From contig CALSSQ010000001.1 in NCBI GenBank assembly GCA_943789065.1, positions 32,650 to 96,649 on the forward strand: a DNA stretch of 64,000 nucleotides. The letters are read 5' to 3'. The DNA is from an uncultured Candidatus Actinomarinales bacterium. Lineage in GTDB: Bacteria > Actinomycetota > Acidimicrobiia > Actinomarinales > Actinomarinaceae. The position numbers and the translations under genes were made by a program. This document shows positions 1 through 10,207 of the stretch, piece by piece (the first letter of the stretch is position 1; every line of letters starts with the position of its first letter). Below the pieces are notes generated by a model. That model was not told the origin of the DNA and did not search any database. It was given only the letters and a program-made list of their open reading frames with translations.

Positions 1-72
1 AAAGAACATAAGTAAAGAGCTAAATAAAGAATATAAAAAAATAGAACCAGCTCCGAAAATCCCTTTTTTCAT
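1..72 (-). CDS. N-terminus of a secreted or membrane protein (runs off the window edge)
   Basis: ATG at 72 opens MKKGIFGAGSIFLYSLFSSLLMFF..., which has a basic N-terminus and hydrophobic core like a signal peptide; translated by hand. Confidence 0.5.
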   Translation of the reverse strand, partial: MKKGIFGAGSIFLYSLFSSLLMFF

Positions 73-285
73 ATTTGGTCTTTGCTGGATTTTGGGCTGG
101 TTCTATGACATACTTTTTACCGTGCTATTTCTTTTCAATAGCACTCTTCCTTGTAATCCATTGACCCCCTCTATTGCTACTCTCAAGCTATCAATATTTC
201 AGACAGATTTCTTAGAAAGACTTAGATTTGCACAAGGCTAAGTTGATTGTGAAACTAAAATCTATTAAAATGGTATCTTGTGTGA

Positions 286-1329
286 CTAAATATTTTTAAA
301 GATATATTTGTTAAACACATTCATTTTCTCAACCCAGGTATCTTCATAAAAATAATTTACAGACGCTGCAACTGAAGATAATAATGCATTTCCATCCTGT
401 GGAGTAAAGCAATACCCCGTCAGTTGGTTACCTTTTACATGCAGGGAGTCAGCAGCTACGATTCCATGAGAGAGAAGCCTGCCATGATATCCATGATCAC
501 GACCAAAGGAGAATACCTTATTTGATGAGAGTTTCTCTGTAGACATTAAGAATTCACTATCTTCAAGCTCTTTCTTGACAGCATCTAGCTCTAAGTTATC
601 TTCAAAAGCTAGATTAAACCATAAGGTATGCATGTACTGAGTAGGAAGTTTTATTGCAGAGGAAAATAAATCTAATTTAATACCCTCTTGATCGAAGAGC
701 TCATAGACATCTCTTGCATGATGAGTCCCAAATTCCTGGTTGTCATGTTTTGTTATTGTTGGAGATGGAGCAAATGAATCATTTTGTGAAACATCGTTCG
801 CTCTTCGAAGACAGACAAACTTACCCTGATCAAGGGTTCTTTCCACATCAAGTGCGAATGTTTTTACAATAGATGCAATATTGTGTGTATTACATGAAGC
901 AATAAGATATTTATTAACTTCTCTTGTTAGTACATCATTATTTATTCCCCATGCAAAAAATGGTCCAAAACCATGCTCTGATCCTTGTGCCATATATCTT
1001 TTTTCAGGATCTAAGTCGGAGTAGATTTCATCCCAGTTTTTATTTCCACTTGGTGTACAGTCAATGATTACCTGGGCATCCTCGTAAGCATTCTCGACAT
1101 CACCAGCATCAAACCCAATATCTTTAAATGCAGGAATAGTTTCTTTTTTTGTAACTATTTGAGCACCCTTACGTTGCAAAGCCTCGACTTTACCTTTTTC
1201 TTCAGTGAGAGGAGTTCTTTTATAGAAGTAGACATTATCAATGCCAAGTGCAGGTTTGTGTTCGGCGAGGAGACCAATCAAGGGTTCTCCAATTGTTCCA
1301 GTTCCGACGACTAAAATGTTTTTACTCAA
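286..1329 (-). CDS. Archaeal-type (class II) glyceraldehyde-3-phosphate dehydrogenase-like protein
   Basis: Rossmann motif VVGTGTIG, catalytic ASCNT, RRAND and HHAxDV motifs typical of class II GAPDH; TTG start. Confidence 0.7.
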   Translation of the reverse strand: MSKNILVVGTGTIGEPLIGLLAEHKPALGIDNVYFYKRTPLTEEKGKVEALQRKGAQIVTKKETIPAFKDIGFDAGDVENAYEDAQVIIDCTPSGNKNWDEIYSDLDPEKRYMAQGSEHGFGPFFAWGINNDVLTREVNKYLIASCNTHNIASIVKTFALDVERTLDQGKFVCLRRANDVSQNDSFAPSPTITKHDNQEFGTHHARDVYELFDQEGIKLDLFSSAIKLPTQYMHTLWFNLAFEDNLELDAVKKELEDSEFLMSTEKLSSNKVFSFGRDHGYHGRLLSHGIVAADSLHVKGNQLTGYCFTPQDGNALLSSVAASVNYFYEDTWVEKMNVFNKYIFKNI

Positions 1330-1353
1330 TATAATATAAGAATATCAAAAAAT

Positions 1354-4002
1354 ATGAATAACAACCCCATTTTTGAATTTTCCAAAATCCACACAGATGG
1401 AGACTCTTCTTTGACTGATTTGCTTGGTGGAAAAGGAGCAAACTTAGCTGAGATGAGCAGGATGGGAATACAAGTTCCACCAGGATTCACAATAACAACC
1501 GAGGTATGTAACTACTTTATGGAACATGCCGAGCTTCCAGATTCTTTGGAAAAAGATATCAAAAGATCTGTTCAGAAATTAGAGGAATACTCTGGTAAAC
1601 AATTCGGTGGAGACGGTACCCCTTTACTTCTATCAGTCCGTTCCGGTGGTAAAATCTCCATGCCCGGAATGATGGATTCAATTTTAAATATTGGCCTCAA
1701 CGATGATAATGTTGGTAAATTAGCAGATACATTTGATGATGAGAGATTCGCCCTTGATTCCTACAGGAGACTGATCCAGATGTACTCCAATGTTGTTCTT
1801 GGATTAGAGCATGATCGATTTGAAGCGGTGATAGCAAATAAAAAAAGAATGGACAATGTTGTCTCCGATGCGGACTTTAATGTTGATCAATTAAATTGGA
1901 TAATTGATGCATTTAAAAATACTGTAGAGAGATTTTCCAAGGCACCATTTCCACAAGATCCTCAAGAGCAGTTACTTGGCGCAGTAGAGGCAGTATTTGC
2001 TAGTTGGCTAAACGATCGAGCTGTAACGTATAGAAAAATTAACAATATTCCAGACGCTTGGGGAACAGGGGCAACTGTACAAACTATGGTATTTGGGAAT
2101 CTAAATGAAAAGTCAGGAACGGGGGTAGCTTTTTCAAGAAATCCATCTAATGGTGAAAAGGAACTTTACGGTGAGTATTTAATGAATGCGCAAGGAGAAG
2201 ATGTTGTTGCAGGAATCAGAACACCGCTACCTTTGAATAAAAAAGTAGCAACTGATGGCAACTCCTTAGAAGCCAACCATCCTGATGCATTTAAAGAGAT
2301 TAAAGATATTTCAGATAAACTTGAAACACATTTTAAGGATGTTCAAGATATCGAATTCACGATAGAAAATGAAAAAATCTTCTTACTTCAGACTAGGAAA
2401 GCTAAAAGAACTGCCCAAGCAAGTGTAAAAATTGCAATAGATATGGTGAATGAAGGAGTTATTTCTAAAGAGGAAGGGCTCCTGATGGTTGATGCTAATA
2501 ATATAACTAATCTTTTACATCCACAGTTTGTGGAATCTCAAGATAAAAAATTCTTTAACAAAGCCCTTAATGCATCTCCTGGTGCAGCAGTAGGAGAAAT
2601 TGTTTTTGATGCAGATAAAGCTGAAGAGGAGGCAGTAAAAGGTAGAGAGGTGATATTAGTTAGAGATGAAACAAGTCCAGAAGACATTCATGGTATGCAT
2701 TCCTCTGTAGGAATACTTACAACCAAAGGCGGTATGACAAGTCACGCCGCCGTTGTTGCACGAGGAATGGGTAAACCCTGCGTAGTAGGTGCAGAAAATC
2801 TTATCATCGATTTAGAAGAAAAGACAATTTCAAACGGAACAATCGTGCTTGAAGAAGGAGACATCATCTCTCTTGATGGAACACTAGGAGAGGTTTATAT
2901 AGGGGAGTTAAAATCTGAACCACCTAAGCCATCTCAAGAATTCAATACACTGATGGAGTGGAGTGATGAATTTAGAAGGATGAAAGTCAGAGCTAATGCA
3001 GAAACAACGACAGATACTTTGAAAGCATTAGAGTTTGGTGCAGAGGGTATTGGTCTCTGTAGAACAGAACATATGTTTTTTGAAGGTGAGAGAATTATTC
3101 CTATGCGTGAGATGATTATGTCTGACAGCGTTCAAGGTAGAAAACGAGCATTAAAAAAATTAATCAAGTATCAGATTGCAGATTTTGAATCTATCTTCAC
3201 CTTACTAAAAGATAAACCCATTACTGTAAGGCTACTAGATCCACCAATGCATGAGTTTTTGCCTAAAAGCGATATTGAAATGACAGATTTAGCAAATGTG
3301 ATAGGTGTTACTCCAACCTATGTCCGGGAAATGCTTTTAAGACTTTCAGAAAGCAATCCTATGCTCGGTCATCGTGGGGTAAGGCTTGGATTAAGCTACC
3401 CAGAGATTTACGAAATGCAAGTTGAGGCAATTTTGAGAGCAGCACATAAGCTATATAAAGATGATGGTATAACGATAACTCCTGAAATCATGATTCCGCT
3501 AGTGATGAATGCTTCAGAGTTACAGCAGATGAAAGAAATCCTCATTAACAAAATTGAGATAATTGAAAAAAAATTAGATTATAAATTTTCCTACACCATT
3601 GGAACGATGATCGAACTGCCAAGTGCAGCATTAAACTCTGCATCAATCTCAGAACATGCAGATTTCTTCTCATTTGGAACTAATGATTTAACACAGACTA
3701 CTCTCGGACTTTCAAGAGATGATGCATCTAAGTTCTTAAATGAATATGTTGATAGAGATATATTTAGTATTGATCCATTCGTATCAATTGATGTTGATAC
3801 TGTTGGAAAGCTTGTAGAGATTTCAGTGCGTGATGGGAAGGCGAAGAATAAAGAAATAAAAATAGGAGTTTGCGGTGAACATGCTGGAGAGTCAGACTCA
3901 ATCCATTTTCTTAACACATTAGGTATTGATTACATTTCCTGCTCTCCATTTAGAATTCCAACGGCTCGTTTAGCAGCAGCACAAGCTGAAATTTCTAAAT
4001 AA
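1354..4002 (+). CDS. ppdK: Pyruvate, phosphate dikinase
   Basis: LLGGKGANLAEM, SMPGMMD, phospho-His motif GGMTSHAAVVARG, GLCRTEHMFF, FSFGTNDLTQ; 882 aa. Confidence 0.97.
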   Translation: MNNNPIFEFSKIHTDGDSSLTDLLGGKGANLAEMSRMGIQVPPGFTITTEVCNYFMEHAELPDSLEKDIKRSVQKLEEYSGKQFGGDGTPLLLSVRSGGKISMPGMMDSILNIGLNDDNVGKLADTFDDERFALDSYRRLIQMYSNVVLGLEHDRFEAVIANKKRMDNVVSDADFNVDQLNWIIDAFKNTVERFSKAPFPQDPQEQLLGAVEAVFASWLNDRAVTYRKINNIPDAWGTGATVQTMVFGNLNEKSGTGVAFSRNPSNGEKELYGEYLMNAQGEDVVAGIRTPLPLNKKVATDGNSLEANHPDAFKEIKDISDKLETHFKDVQDIEFTIENEKIFLLQTRKAKRTAQASVKIAIDMVNEGVISKEEGLLMVDANNITNLLHPQFVESQDKKFFNKALNASPGAAVGEIVFDADKAEEEAVKGREVILVRDETSPEDIHGMHSSVGILTTKGGMTSHAAVVARGMGKPCVVGAENLIIDLEEKTISNGTIVLEEGDIISLDGTLGEVYIGELKSEPPKPSQEFNTLMEWSDEFRRMKVRANAETTTDTLKALEFGAEGIGLCRTEHMFFEGERIIPMREMIMSDSVQGRKRALKKLIKYQIADFESIFTLLKDKPITVRLLDPPMHEFLPKSDIEMTDLANVIGVTPTYVREMLLRLSESNPMLGHRGVRLGLSYPEIYEMQVEAILRAAHKLYKDDGITITPEIMIPLVMNASELQQMKEILINKIEIIEKKLDYKFSYTIGTMIELPSAALNSASISEHADFFSFGTNDLTQTTLGLSRDDASKFLNEYVDRDIFSIDPFVSIDVDTVGKLVEISVRDGKAKNKEIKIGVCGEHAGESDSIHFLNTLGIDYISCSPFRIPTARLAAAQAEISK

Positions 4003-4060
4003 TTAAATTTCTTTGATACATTGTCTCTACTTTTTGAGTCTTAGTTAGTAGGATAAAAAT

Positions 4061-4837
4061 ATGATCTTAAAAGATAAAAAAATATTAATTACTGGAATAC
4101 TAACCGATAAAAGTATTGCTTATGCATCTGCTCAAGTGGCATTAGAAAATGGAGCCCAAGTTGTTGCTACAGGATTTGGTAAAGGTCTTAGAATCACAGA
4201 AAGAGCAGTTAAAAGATTATCCGAGGACATTCAGGTTTACGAAATGGATATTCAAAATCCTGAGCAGATTGAAAAAACAGTTAATAATGTCCAAGAAAAT
4301 ATAGGAAATCTTGATGGAATCCTTCATGCTATTGCATTTTCTCCAACTGAAGCAATGGGAGGTAATTTCATGAATACAAAAGTAGAGGATGCGCTAACTT
4401 CCTTTGAAGTATCGGCATTTTCCTTGAAAACTCTAGCTCAGGGTTTCTCACCAATTTTAAATAACCCTGGATCAATTGTTGCTTTAGATTTTGATAACTC
4501 ACAAGCTTGGCCAGGATATGATTGGCAGGGAGTGGCAAAATCAAGTCTTCAATCGATTGTCCGCTATTTAGCTTTTTATATGGGTAAAGAAGGAGTCCGA
4601 GTAAATGCAGTTGCTTCTGGTCCTCTAGCTACAACAGCAGCAAAAAATATCCCTGGATTTGGAGAAATGAATGATGAATGGGATGAGAGAGCACCTCTTG
4701 GATGGGACTCCAAAGATGCATTACCGGTTGCAAAAGTGGTTAACTTTCTACTTTCTGAATTTTCTGAGGCTGTATCAGGAGAGATAATCCATGCTGATGG
4801 GGGAGCACACTCCGTTGGTGGAACGATGTTACCTTAA
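4061..4837 (+). CDS. fabI: Enoyl-ACP reductase (FabI/InhA type)
   Basis: ITGILTDKSIAY, YDWQGVAK catalytic Y..K, GEIIHADGG; actinobacterial InhA-like sequence. Confidence 0.92.
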   Translation: MILKDKKILITGILTDKSIAYASAQVALENGAQVVATGFGKGLRITERAVKRLSEDIQVYEMDIQNPEQIEKTVNNVQENIGNLDGILHAIAFSPTEAMGGNFMNTKVEDALTSFEVSAFSLKTLAQGFSPILNNPGSIVALDFDNSQAWPGYDWQGVAKSSLQSIVRYLAFYMGKEGVRVNAVASGPLATTAAKNIPGFGEMNDEWDERAPLGWDSKDALPVAKVVNFLLSEFSEAVSGEIIHADGGAHSVGGTMLP

Positions 4838-6060
4838 TAGCCTGAAGACCCTGCCACTGTAGGATCTCCTACGTCTCCATCTTGAAAAATATCTCTTATT
4901 GTACTTAAATCTGGTTTGCTGATTACTGGTGCTATATATGTGTTAAACAACTCATAGCCCAATGGATTATTTGCAAGAATACCTGATGGTGTCCGTACAC
5001 TGTCGCTCCATTCGGGAGAAAGTGATCCATTTTCCCATAAACTTGTGTATTCAAACATACTGAAATTAAGCAAGTACAAATATTCTTTCTGAGCAACTTC
5101 AAACATGAATGGATCAGACTTCCAAGCATCTCCACCATATCCTTCTGAATCCCAAAGCCCTCCATCATAAGCTTCCTGCATTGCGGCATATGTCGGTCCA
5201 CTTGCCCAATCTGATGAAAATTCAGAATACTGCTTTAAAGCTAGAGCGTCTAAACCGCTCATATGAATTGTATGAAATACGTGTTCAATAACTTCTGCTG
5301 CATCAGTATCACCATTTCCGAAACCTTCACCAGATGAATTTAGATACCAGACCATGTCGTTGTCATAGTGTGAATCAAATAAATAATCTAAATCATAACT
5401 CTCAGCAGACATTAGAAAGTTTGGACTGTAATCATCTCCACCACCACGCGCTACTTTTTGAAGAGTCGGCATTCCAGCATGATAGGTACCACTATCACCT
5501 CTCAATGTTTTGATAAAGGTCTTTTGTTTATCTGCATCTATGTTTTCACCAGTTGGATCTGTAAATAGTTCAACCATTCGTGCAACTTTTTCTATAAAAG
5601 CATCTGGGACGGCAACTTGTCCTCCAACATTTCCTGCTGCCATAATTCTTACACCATTAATAGTTACTTCACGTTTGAAAAATTCACTAGGTATTTCAAC
5701 AATACGGTCTTTGTCATATGCTTGGATAGTAAGAACATCAATGATTTCACCTTTTTGATATACAGGAATTGTAGTAGTTGTGGTAGTAGTTGAAGATGTA
5801 GTGGTTGTCTCTTCCTCAACAACTGAAGTCTCTTCCTCAACAACTGAAGTCTCTTCCTCAACAACTGAAGTCTCTTCCTCAACAACTGAAGTCTCTTCCT
5901 CAACAACTGAAGTCTCTTCCTCAACAACTGAAGTCTCTTCCTCAACAACTGAAATCTCTTCCTCAACCCTACTAGAAATTGCATCATCTGAATTTCCACA
6001 ACAGATAACCAATAAAGATAAAAGAAGTAACGATATTTTATTAGAAATTTTATTATTCAT
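4834..6060 (-). CDS. Secreted lipoprotein with acidic repeat stalk and EHxxH zincin-like domain
   Basis: Signal peptide ending VICCG, VEEETSV repeats, poly-Thr, EVIEHVFHTIH motif; homologous by eye to 35504..36436. Confidence 0.75.
   Translation of the reverse strand: MNNKISNKISLLLLSLLVICCGNSDDAISSRVEEEISVVEEETSVVEEETSVVEEETSVVEEETSVVEEETSVVEEETSVVEEETTTTSSTTTTTTTIPVYQKGEIIDVLTIQAYDKDRIVEIPSEFFKREVTINGVRIMAAGNVGGQVAVPDAFIEKVARMVELFTDPTGENIDADKQKTFIKTLRGDSGTYHAGMPTLQKVARGGGDDYSPNFLMSAESYDLDYLFDSHYDNDMVWYLNSSGEGFGNGDTDAAEVIEHVFHTIHMSGLDALALKQYSEFSSDWASGPTYAAMQEAYDGGLWDSEGYGGDAWKSDPFMFEVAQKEYLYLLNFSMFEYTSLWENGSLSPEWSDSVRTPSGILANNPLGYELFNTYIAPVISKPDLSTIRDIFQDGDVGDPTVAGSSGY
5807..5967. repeat. 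21-bp tandem repeat (7 perfect copies plus a partial copy), coding VEEETSV
   Basis: Unit gtctcttcctcaacaactgaa read directly in the sequence. Confidence 0.95.
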
Positions 6061-6113
6061 GGGTGAATCCTAACATCCAGGGATACTAAACAGTTACAGG
6101 AAGGATTATTCAT

Positions 6114-7841
6114 TTAATATTTATACCATTCCCAAGTATGAAAGTTGAAATCATATTCTCCGTTCAAATAACTTTCACTTTCTACTGGTAAATATGTATT
6201 AGGCCTTCCACAATAATAATCTGCTACATAAAATCTTCCATCAGCACCTCCAACCGTTCCGCCGGAAAGAAAAGTACCTTTAAATCTCTCACAACTTACA
6301 TCGAAAACATCTTTTTCTTTTATGAAGTAATACTGACGCAAAGCCTCTGCTATTGCTCTTTCCCCTTCATCCAAAGCTGGATGATTATTAAGGTTTTCAT
6401 AAATACGCATAATTGATTGATATGTAAACCTACTCCAAATCTCTGTGGGGTCATAACTGACTGCGGTTCTCAATATTTCTAAAGATTTAAAGAAGTAAAA
6501 TAAAGATTCTTGTTCCTTCCCCTCCTGTAGGTAGGCTATAGCAATATCTGCATAATTGTTTGCAAGTCCAGTATGGGTACCAATAAATAATTCAAAGTTA
6601 CTATCCCACCAAAATGGATTATTTCCATCTACTGCGGTTGATAATTTAACTGGATCTTGTCTTATGTTTTCTACATCACAATCTTTTAGTTCTACACTTA
6701 GCTGTTCCTTATTTGCAAAACATACTGTGGTTGTTAGTTCATCAAGAAAGGCTTGTAAAAGTGCTACAGATTCCCATGATGCTGCAGAAGCAAACTCTTT
6801 TAACTCAAGTAAATCTTTATCTAACTGAGCTTTATCAATGCCATTATCTCTATTTATGTTGACTCTTTCATTTAAAACTGTGTTAAGAAAAGCATTACCT
6901 CCATTAATACTTTTGGCTACATCATAAGCTTTAGTATATGAATTGTAAGCATCTTCAGGCTTGACAGAATTGGACCACCCGTTTTTTTCCATTATTAAAC
7001 CTTTAACTAGATATGCATGTGGAAGATTTGGTATGAGTTCAATTGCTTCTTCTATAAATTGTAATGAGTTGTCTTCTAGAGCTTTAAAGAAGAGTTCTTT
7101 ATAAAGATCTATGTTCGATACTTGTATAGAGCCATTTTCAATTTTAGTATTTTCTATTTTACTTAAGCCTATGTAGCTTGAAGAGTCTAAAAGTAATTCC
7201 TTTAAGTTAATATTTGCATTTGCCTTATTATCCCAAGCGTAGTTCATTGATAATCTGTAATCTCTCCAAGAGTTATTGGGTTCTGAGTTGATTAAGTTTT
7301 CCTGTATACCGCTGTTGAATACGATTTCTGCCTCGCTGAATGGTCTCTCAGCAATATTAACTATTGCTACATTGAGTTGTTTTGGTTCATCACCATAGGC
7401 ATAAGAACGTGGACCAAAGTGCTCTATATAATCACCAATATCCCATGAAATTACTTCTTCTGCAAAAACTTCATTATCTTCATTACAGATATACTCAAAC
7501 TTAGTTTCAACACAACCTTGAATTGAGGGATTTACTAAATTGTAATATGTTTCTGAAACTTCATTTGCTTTCATGACACCAGCAGCATATAGAAAAATAT
7601 CACTCGTTTGTTTAATTATGCTGTCAATGGCTACAGCTTTAAATTTTCCATCTTGGAATACCAATTTTGTATCTACTGTATTTGATATATTTTTTGAAAT
7701 TTTTACATTCTTATAATTACGGCCATCAGGCATTAGGATTTTAAATCCGCCCTGTAAGGAATTTATAGCTGTAGTGTGAGGGGTTAAATGTTGACCATCA
7801 TCAGACAAGAGAACCTCTATTTGGAGCTGGGAAAGGATCAC
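6114..7841 (-). CDS. C-terminal part of a large secreted protein with TPR-like helices (probably one gene with 7841..10051)
   Basis: EAIELIPNLPHAYLVKG TPR-like segment; no signal peptide of its own; abuts the upstream ORF just after its HEYEH motif. Confidence 0.6.
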   Translation of the reverse strand: MILSQLQIEVLLSDDGQHLTPHTTAINSLQGGFKILMPDGRNYKNVKISKNISNTVDTKLVFQDGKFKAVAIDSIIKQTSDIFLYAAGVMKANEVSETYYNLVNPSIQGCVETKFEYICNEDNEVFAEEVISWDIGDYIEHFGPRSYAYGDEPKQLNVAIVNIAERPFSEAEIVFNSGIQENLINSEPNNSWRDYRLSMNYAWDNKANANINLKELLLDSSSYIGLSKIENTKIENGSIQVSNIDLYKELFFKALEDNSLQFIEEAIELIPNLPHAYLVKGLIMEKNGWSNSVKPEDAYNSYTKAYDVAKSINGGNAFLNTVLNERVNINRDNGIDKAQLDKDLLELKEFASAASWESVALLQAFLDELTTTVCFANKEQLSVELKDCDVENIRQDPVKLSTAVDGNNPFWWDSNFELFIGTHTGLANNYADIAIAYLQEGKEQESLFYFFKSLEILRTAVSYDPTEIWSRFTYQSIMRIYENLNNHPALDEGERAIAEALRQYYFIKEKDVFDVSCERFKGTFLSGGTVGGADGRFYVADYYCGRPNTYLPVESESYLNGEYDFNFHTWEWYKY

Positions 7842-10051
7842 TAAATACCACCCTCTGTTTGACCAAAAATAGAATGTTCATATTCATGTAAGAAAGCTGA
7901 CATAGTGGGATCTCCCATCATGAGAACAGCTTGAAGCTCCATGTGAGCCTTACCATCAATCCATGGGCCAAATTTTATATCTGTTGATTTAGCAGGAGAG
8001 GGATCACCATTTTTAAGATAGTAATCATGATAAAAACCTGTTCCACGAATATGGTCATTAAGTCTCATCATATGACCTCTTGAAAATTCTTCTCGTGGTT
8101 TAATAACTATCATATTGATATTGTCATCAAATAATTTAAACACATAGCGATAAAGCAGTGAATCATCGTTTGGGGAAAAGACAATTGGATTATTAAAGTT
8201 ATCGTACTGTGTATAGTCATAACCAATGTTGAGAAACATACCTGAATCAGTTAGTACAACATTTTCACTTATTTGATAAATCTCTTCACTATCTCTTAGT
8301 GCAGGATCTAAGATATACAGTTTATTAATTTTTTCATATACAGTGTTATTGAAACTAACTGTCTTCGCAACAGTTATACAGTTATTTGTATAAACGCCAT
8401 CTCCTTTAACGGTATCACCATGAGTTCCATCATCATAAACATATGCTTTTTCAGAGTTCCCCTTTTGTGATGAAGAAAATGAGTCTTCTAATTCCAGTTT
8501 TGTAAGACCATTTCTAGAAGATTTATCATCTACAATAGTTACCTGTGTTGCTTCATCGGCGAAAATTACCTCTGGGTTGAAATAAATTTCATACTGATTA
8601 TCTGGATATCTTGTTCCGAAAGATCTACGCATATATTCAGTTCTATATATACTCGTTGGAAAGAATCGCTCAACCTCTTGAGGATTAGTAAAACTATTAT
8701 CTGAAACTGAAGCATCACAACTATCTGCCCGTTGTGGTTCAAAAAGATTTGGAGTAGAGCAATTTAGATTTCCATTTTCTATATCGCACAATCTATTGAT
8801 GTTTAAACTCCTACCTGCATTAGAAGTCAGGGATGATTCTTCATCAGAAAATGACCCAATCTCTTTACCAATTTCTCCTTCTCCACAAAGAGGAAGTAGT
8901 TTAGTTTTTAGAATTTCTATCTCTTCTTTAGTTTGATCTAAATATGATCTAATAAATGTTAAACCTTCAGGAGTTGGCTTAAGTCTGTCACCTTTAAGTA
9001 GATTTTTTATTTTTGTATCACTGATAACAATATTATCTAGAGAACCAAGATCTATATTTTCAATAAAATCATACTCTGCTTCTCTTTCGTATTCATCCTT
9101 TCTGTCTTCAGGGAAGTCTTCAAGGCGTTCATTCAAGTGTGCTTCAATAACTATTCGAAGTTCATAAAGAGCTAATAATCTACTACTTAGTGGACCAAAA
9201 ATTTCAATGTCGTAACATCCTTCTGTTCGGTAAAAAGAAGTAGTAGATACAAGAGAGTCAGCTGGGTCGACTTCTATAACGTCTTCATTATCTCCATCAG
9301 CTGAAATTACAACATCCTCTATAACGTCTTCATTATCTCCATCAGCTGAAATTACAATATCCTCACAAAGCGGTAAAGAACTCAAAAGATTCTTCTGAGA
9401 AGTTATAAATTCTTGTATCTCTTCAAGATCATCCTCATTATTTTGTGAGTTATTATTTGGGGAGATATCATTTATCTGACTTTGTATTTCAATTATTTCT
9501 TCTTCTAGTTGTGAAACTCTCGGATTATCATTTCCTTGTAGATAATAAAGTTCCAAAGTTAGATTGAGTAAATTTGCCTTGTCTTGGGCCAAAATTAACT
9601 CTTCTTCCTCTTCTTCAGTCAATGAAGGTTTTGCTTCTAAAACGTTTATAGTGCCATTATAAAGTTCCTCGAGAATGCTGTCCTGACCAAAATTTTCAAA
9701 ATCAACGTCATCATAATTAACACCTGTCTTCATTTTTAAATTCTCAACTTGTTTATTTATTTCTTCAATATATTGAGGATTTTCATTGCTGAAGTTCGGT
9801 AGTTCAGTAAGCTCACTTTGAAATATTTCTAAAAGTTTATTAAGTTCCTCGATCGTCTCTCCATTTTCAGGTTGAGTTATATCTTCACCTAGAGAAATCT
9901 CACTTTCACTGATACTTAATTCTATTTCTTTAATTTCAGAGGCACTTAAACATTCTTGGTCTGATATAACTGTCGTAGATTCTGGAAGGTCATCACCACC
10001 ACATAGCGTCAGCAGTAAGGACATTACAACAAATGGAATTATTTTTTTCAT
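7841..10051 (-). CDS. Large lipoprotein, N-terminal part: acidic coiled coil, choice-of-anchor-X-like motif, HExxH
   Basis: Signal peptide ending LLTLCGG; YDDGTHGDTVKGDGVYT motif; AFLHEYEH close to the ORF end. Confidence 0.7.
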   Translation of the reverse strand: MKKIIPFVVMSLLLTLCGGDDLPESTTVISDQECLSASEIKEIELSISESEISLGEDITQPENGETIEELNKLLEIFQSELTELPNFSNENPQYIEEINKQVENLKMKTGVNYDDVDFENFGQDSILEELYNGTINVLEAKPSLTEEEEEELILAQDKANLLNLTLELYYLQGNDNPRVSQLEEEIIEIQSQINDISPNNNSQNNEDDLEEIQEFITSQKNLLSSLPLCEDIVISADGDNEDVIEDVVISADGDNEDVIEVDPADSLVSTTSFYRTEGCYDIEIFGPLSSRLLALYELRIVIEAHLNERLEDFPEDRKDEYEREAEYDFIENIDLGSLDNIVISDTKIKNLLKGDRLKPTPEGLTFIRSYLDQTKEEIEILKTKLLPLCGEGEIGKEIGSFSDEESSLTSNAGRSLNINRLCDIENGNLNCSTPNLFEPQRADSCDASVSDNSFTNPQEVERFFPTSIYRTEYMRRSFGTRYPDNQYEIYFNPEVIFADEATQVTIVDDKSSRNGLTKLELEDSFSSSQKGNSEKAYVYDDGTHGDTVKGDGVYTNNCITVAKTVSFNNTVYEKINKLYILDPALRDSEEIYQISENVVLTDSGMFLNIGYDYTQYDNFNNPIVFSPNDDSLLYRYVFKLFDDNINMIVIKPREEFSRGHMMRLNDHIRGTGFYHDYYLKNGDPSPAKSTDIKFGPWIDGKAHMELQAVLMMGDPTMSAFLHEYEHSIFGQTEGGI
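9273..9364. repeat. 45-bp tandem duplication (ED[IV]VISADGDNEDVI x2)
   Basis: tctataacgtcttcattatctccatcagctgaaattacaa starts at both 9273 and 9318. Confidence 0.9.
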
Positions 10052-10207
10052 GATTATTTATTATAAATTATAAAAACTCACAATCAATTTTTCCAGAGTT
10101 AATTTTAAGTTGAGTAAAAGAAAAACCGAACATTTATCCTCATAGTGAGAATGAACAAATCTCTATTAAATAAACATAGATTTAAGGGATGAAGTTAAAC
10201 TTAGATA

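Noticed and set aside
5807-5967. 21-bp repeat as a CRISPR array
   Set aside because: No spacers, in-frame within a CDS, and no cas genes in the window
5664-6073. Alternative-frame ORFs (QLLRKRL repeats; SSSTTEV repeats)
   Set aside because: Shadows of the coding tandem repeat
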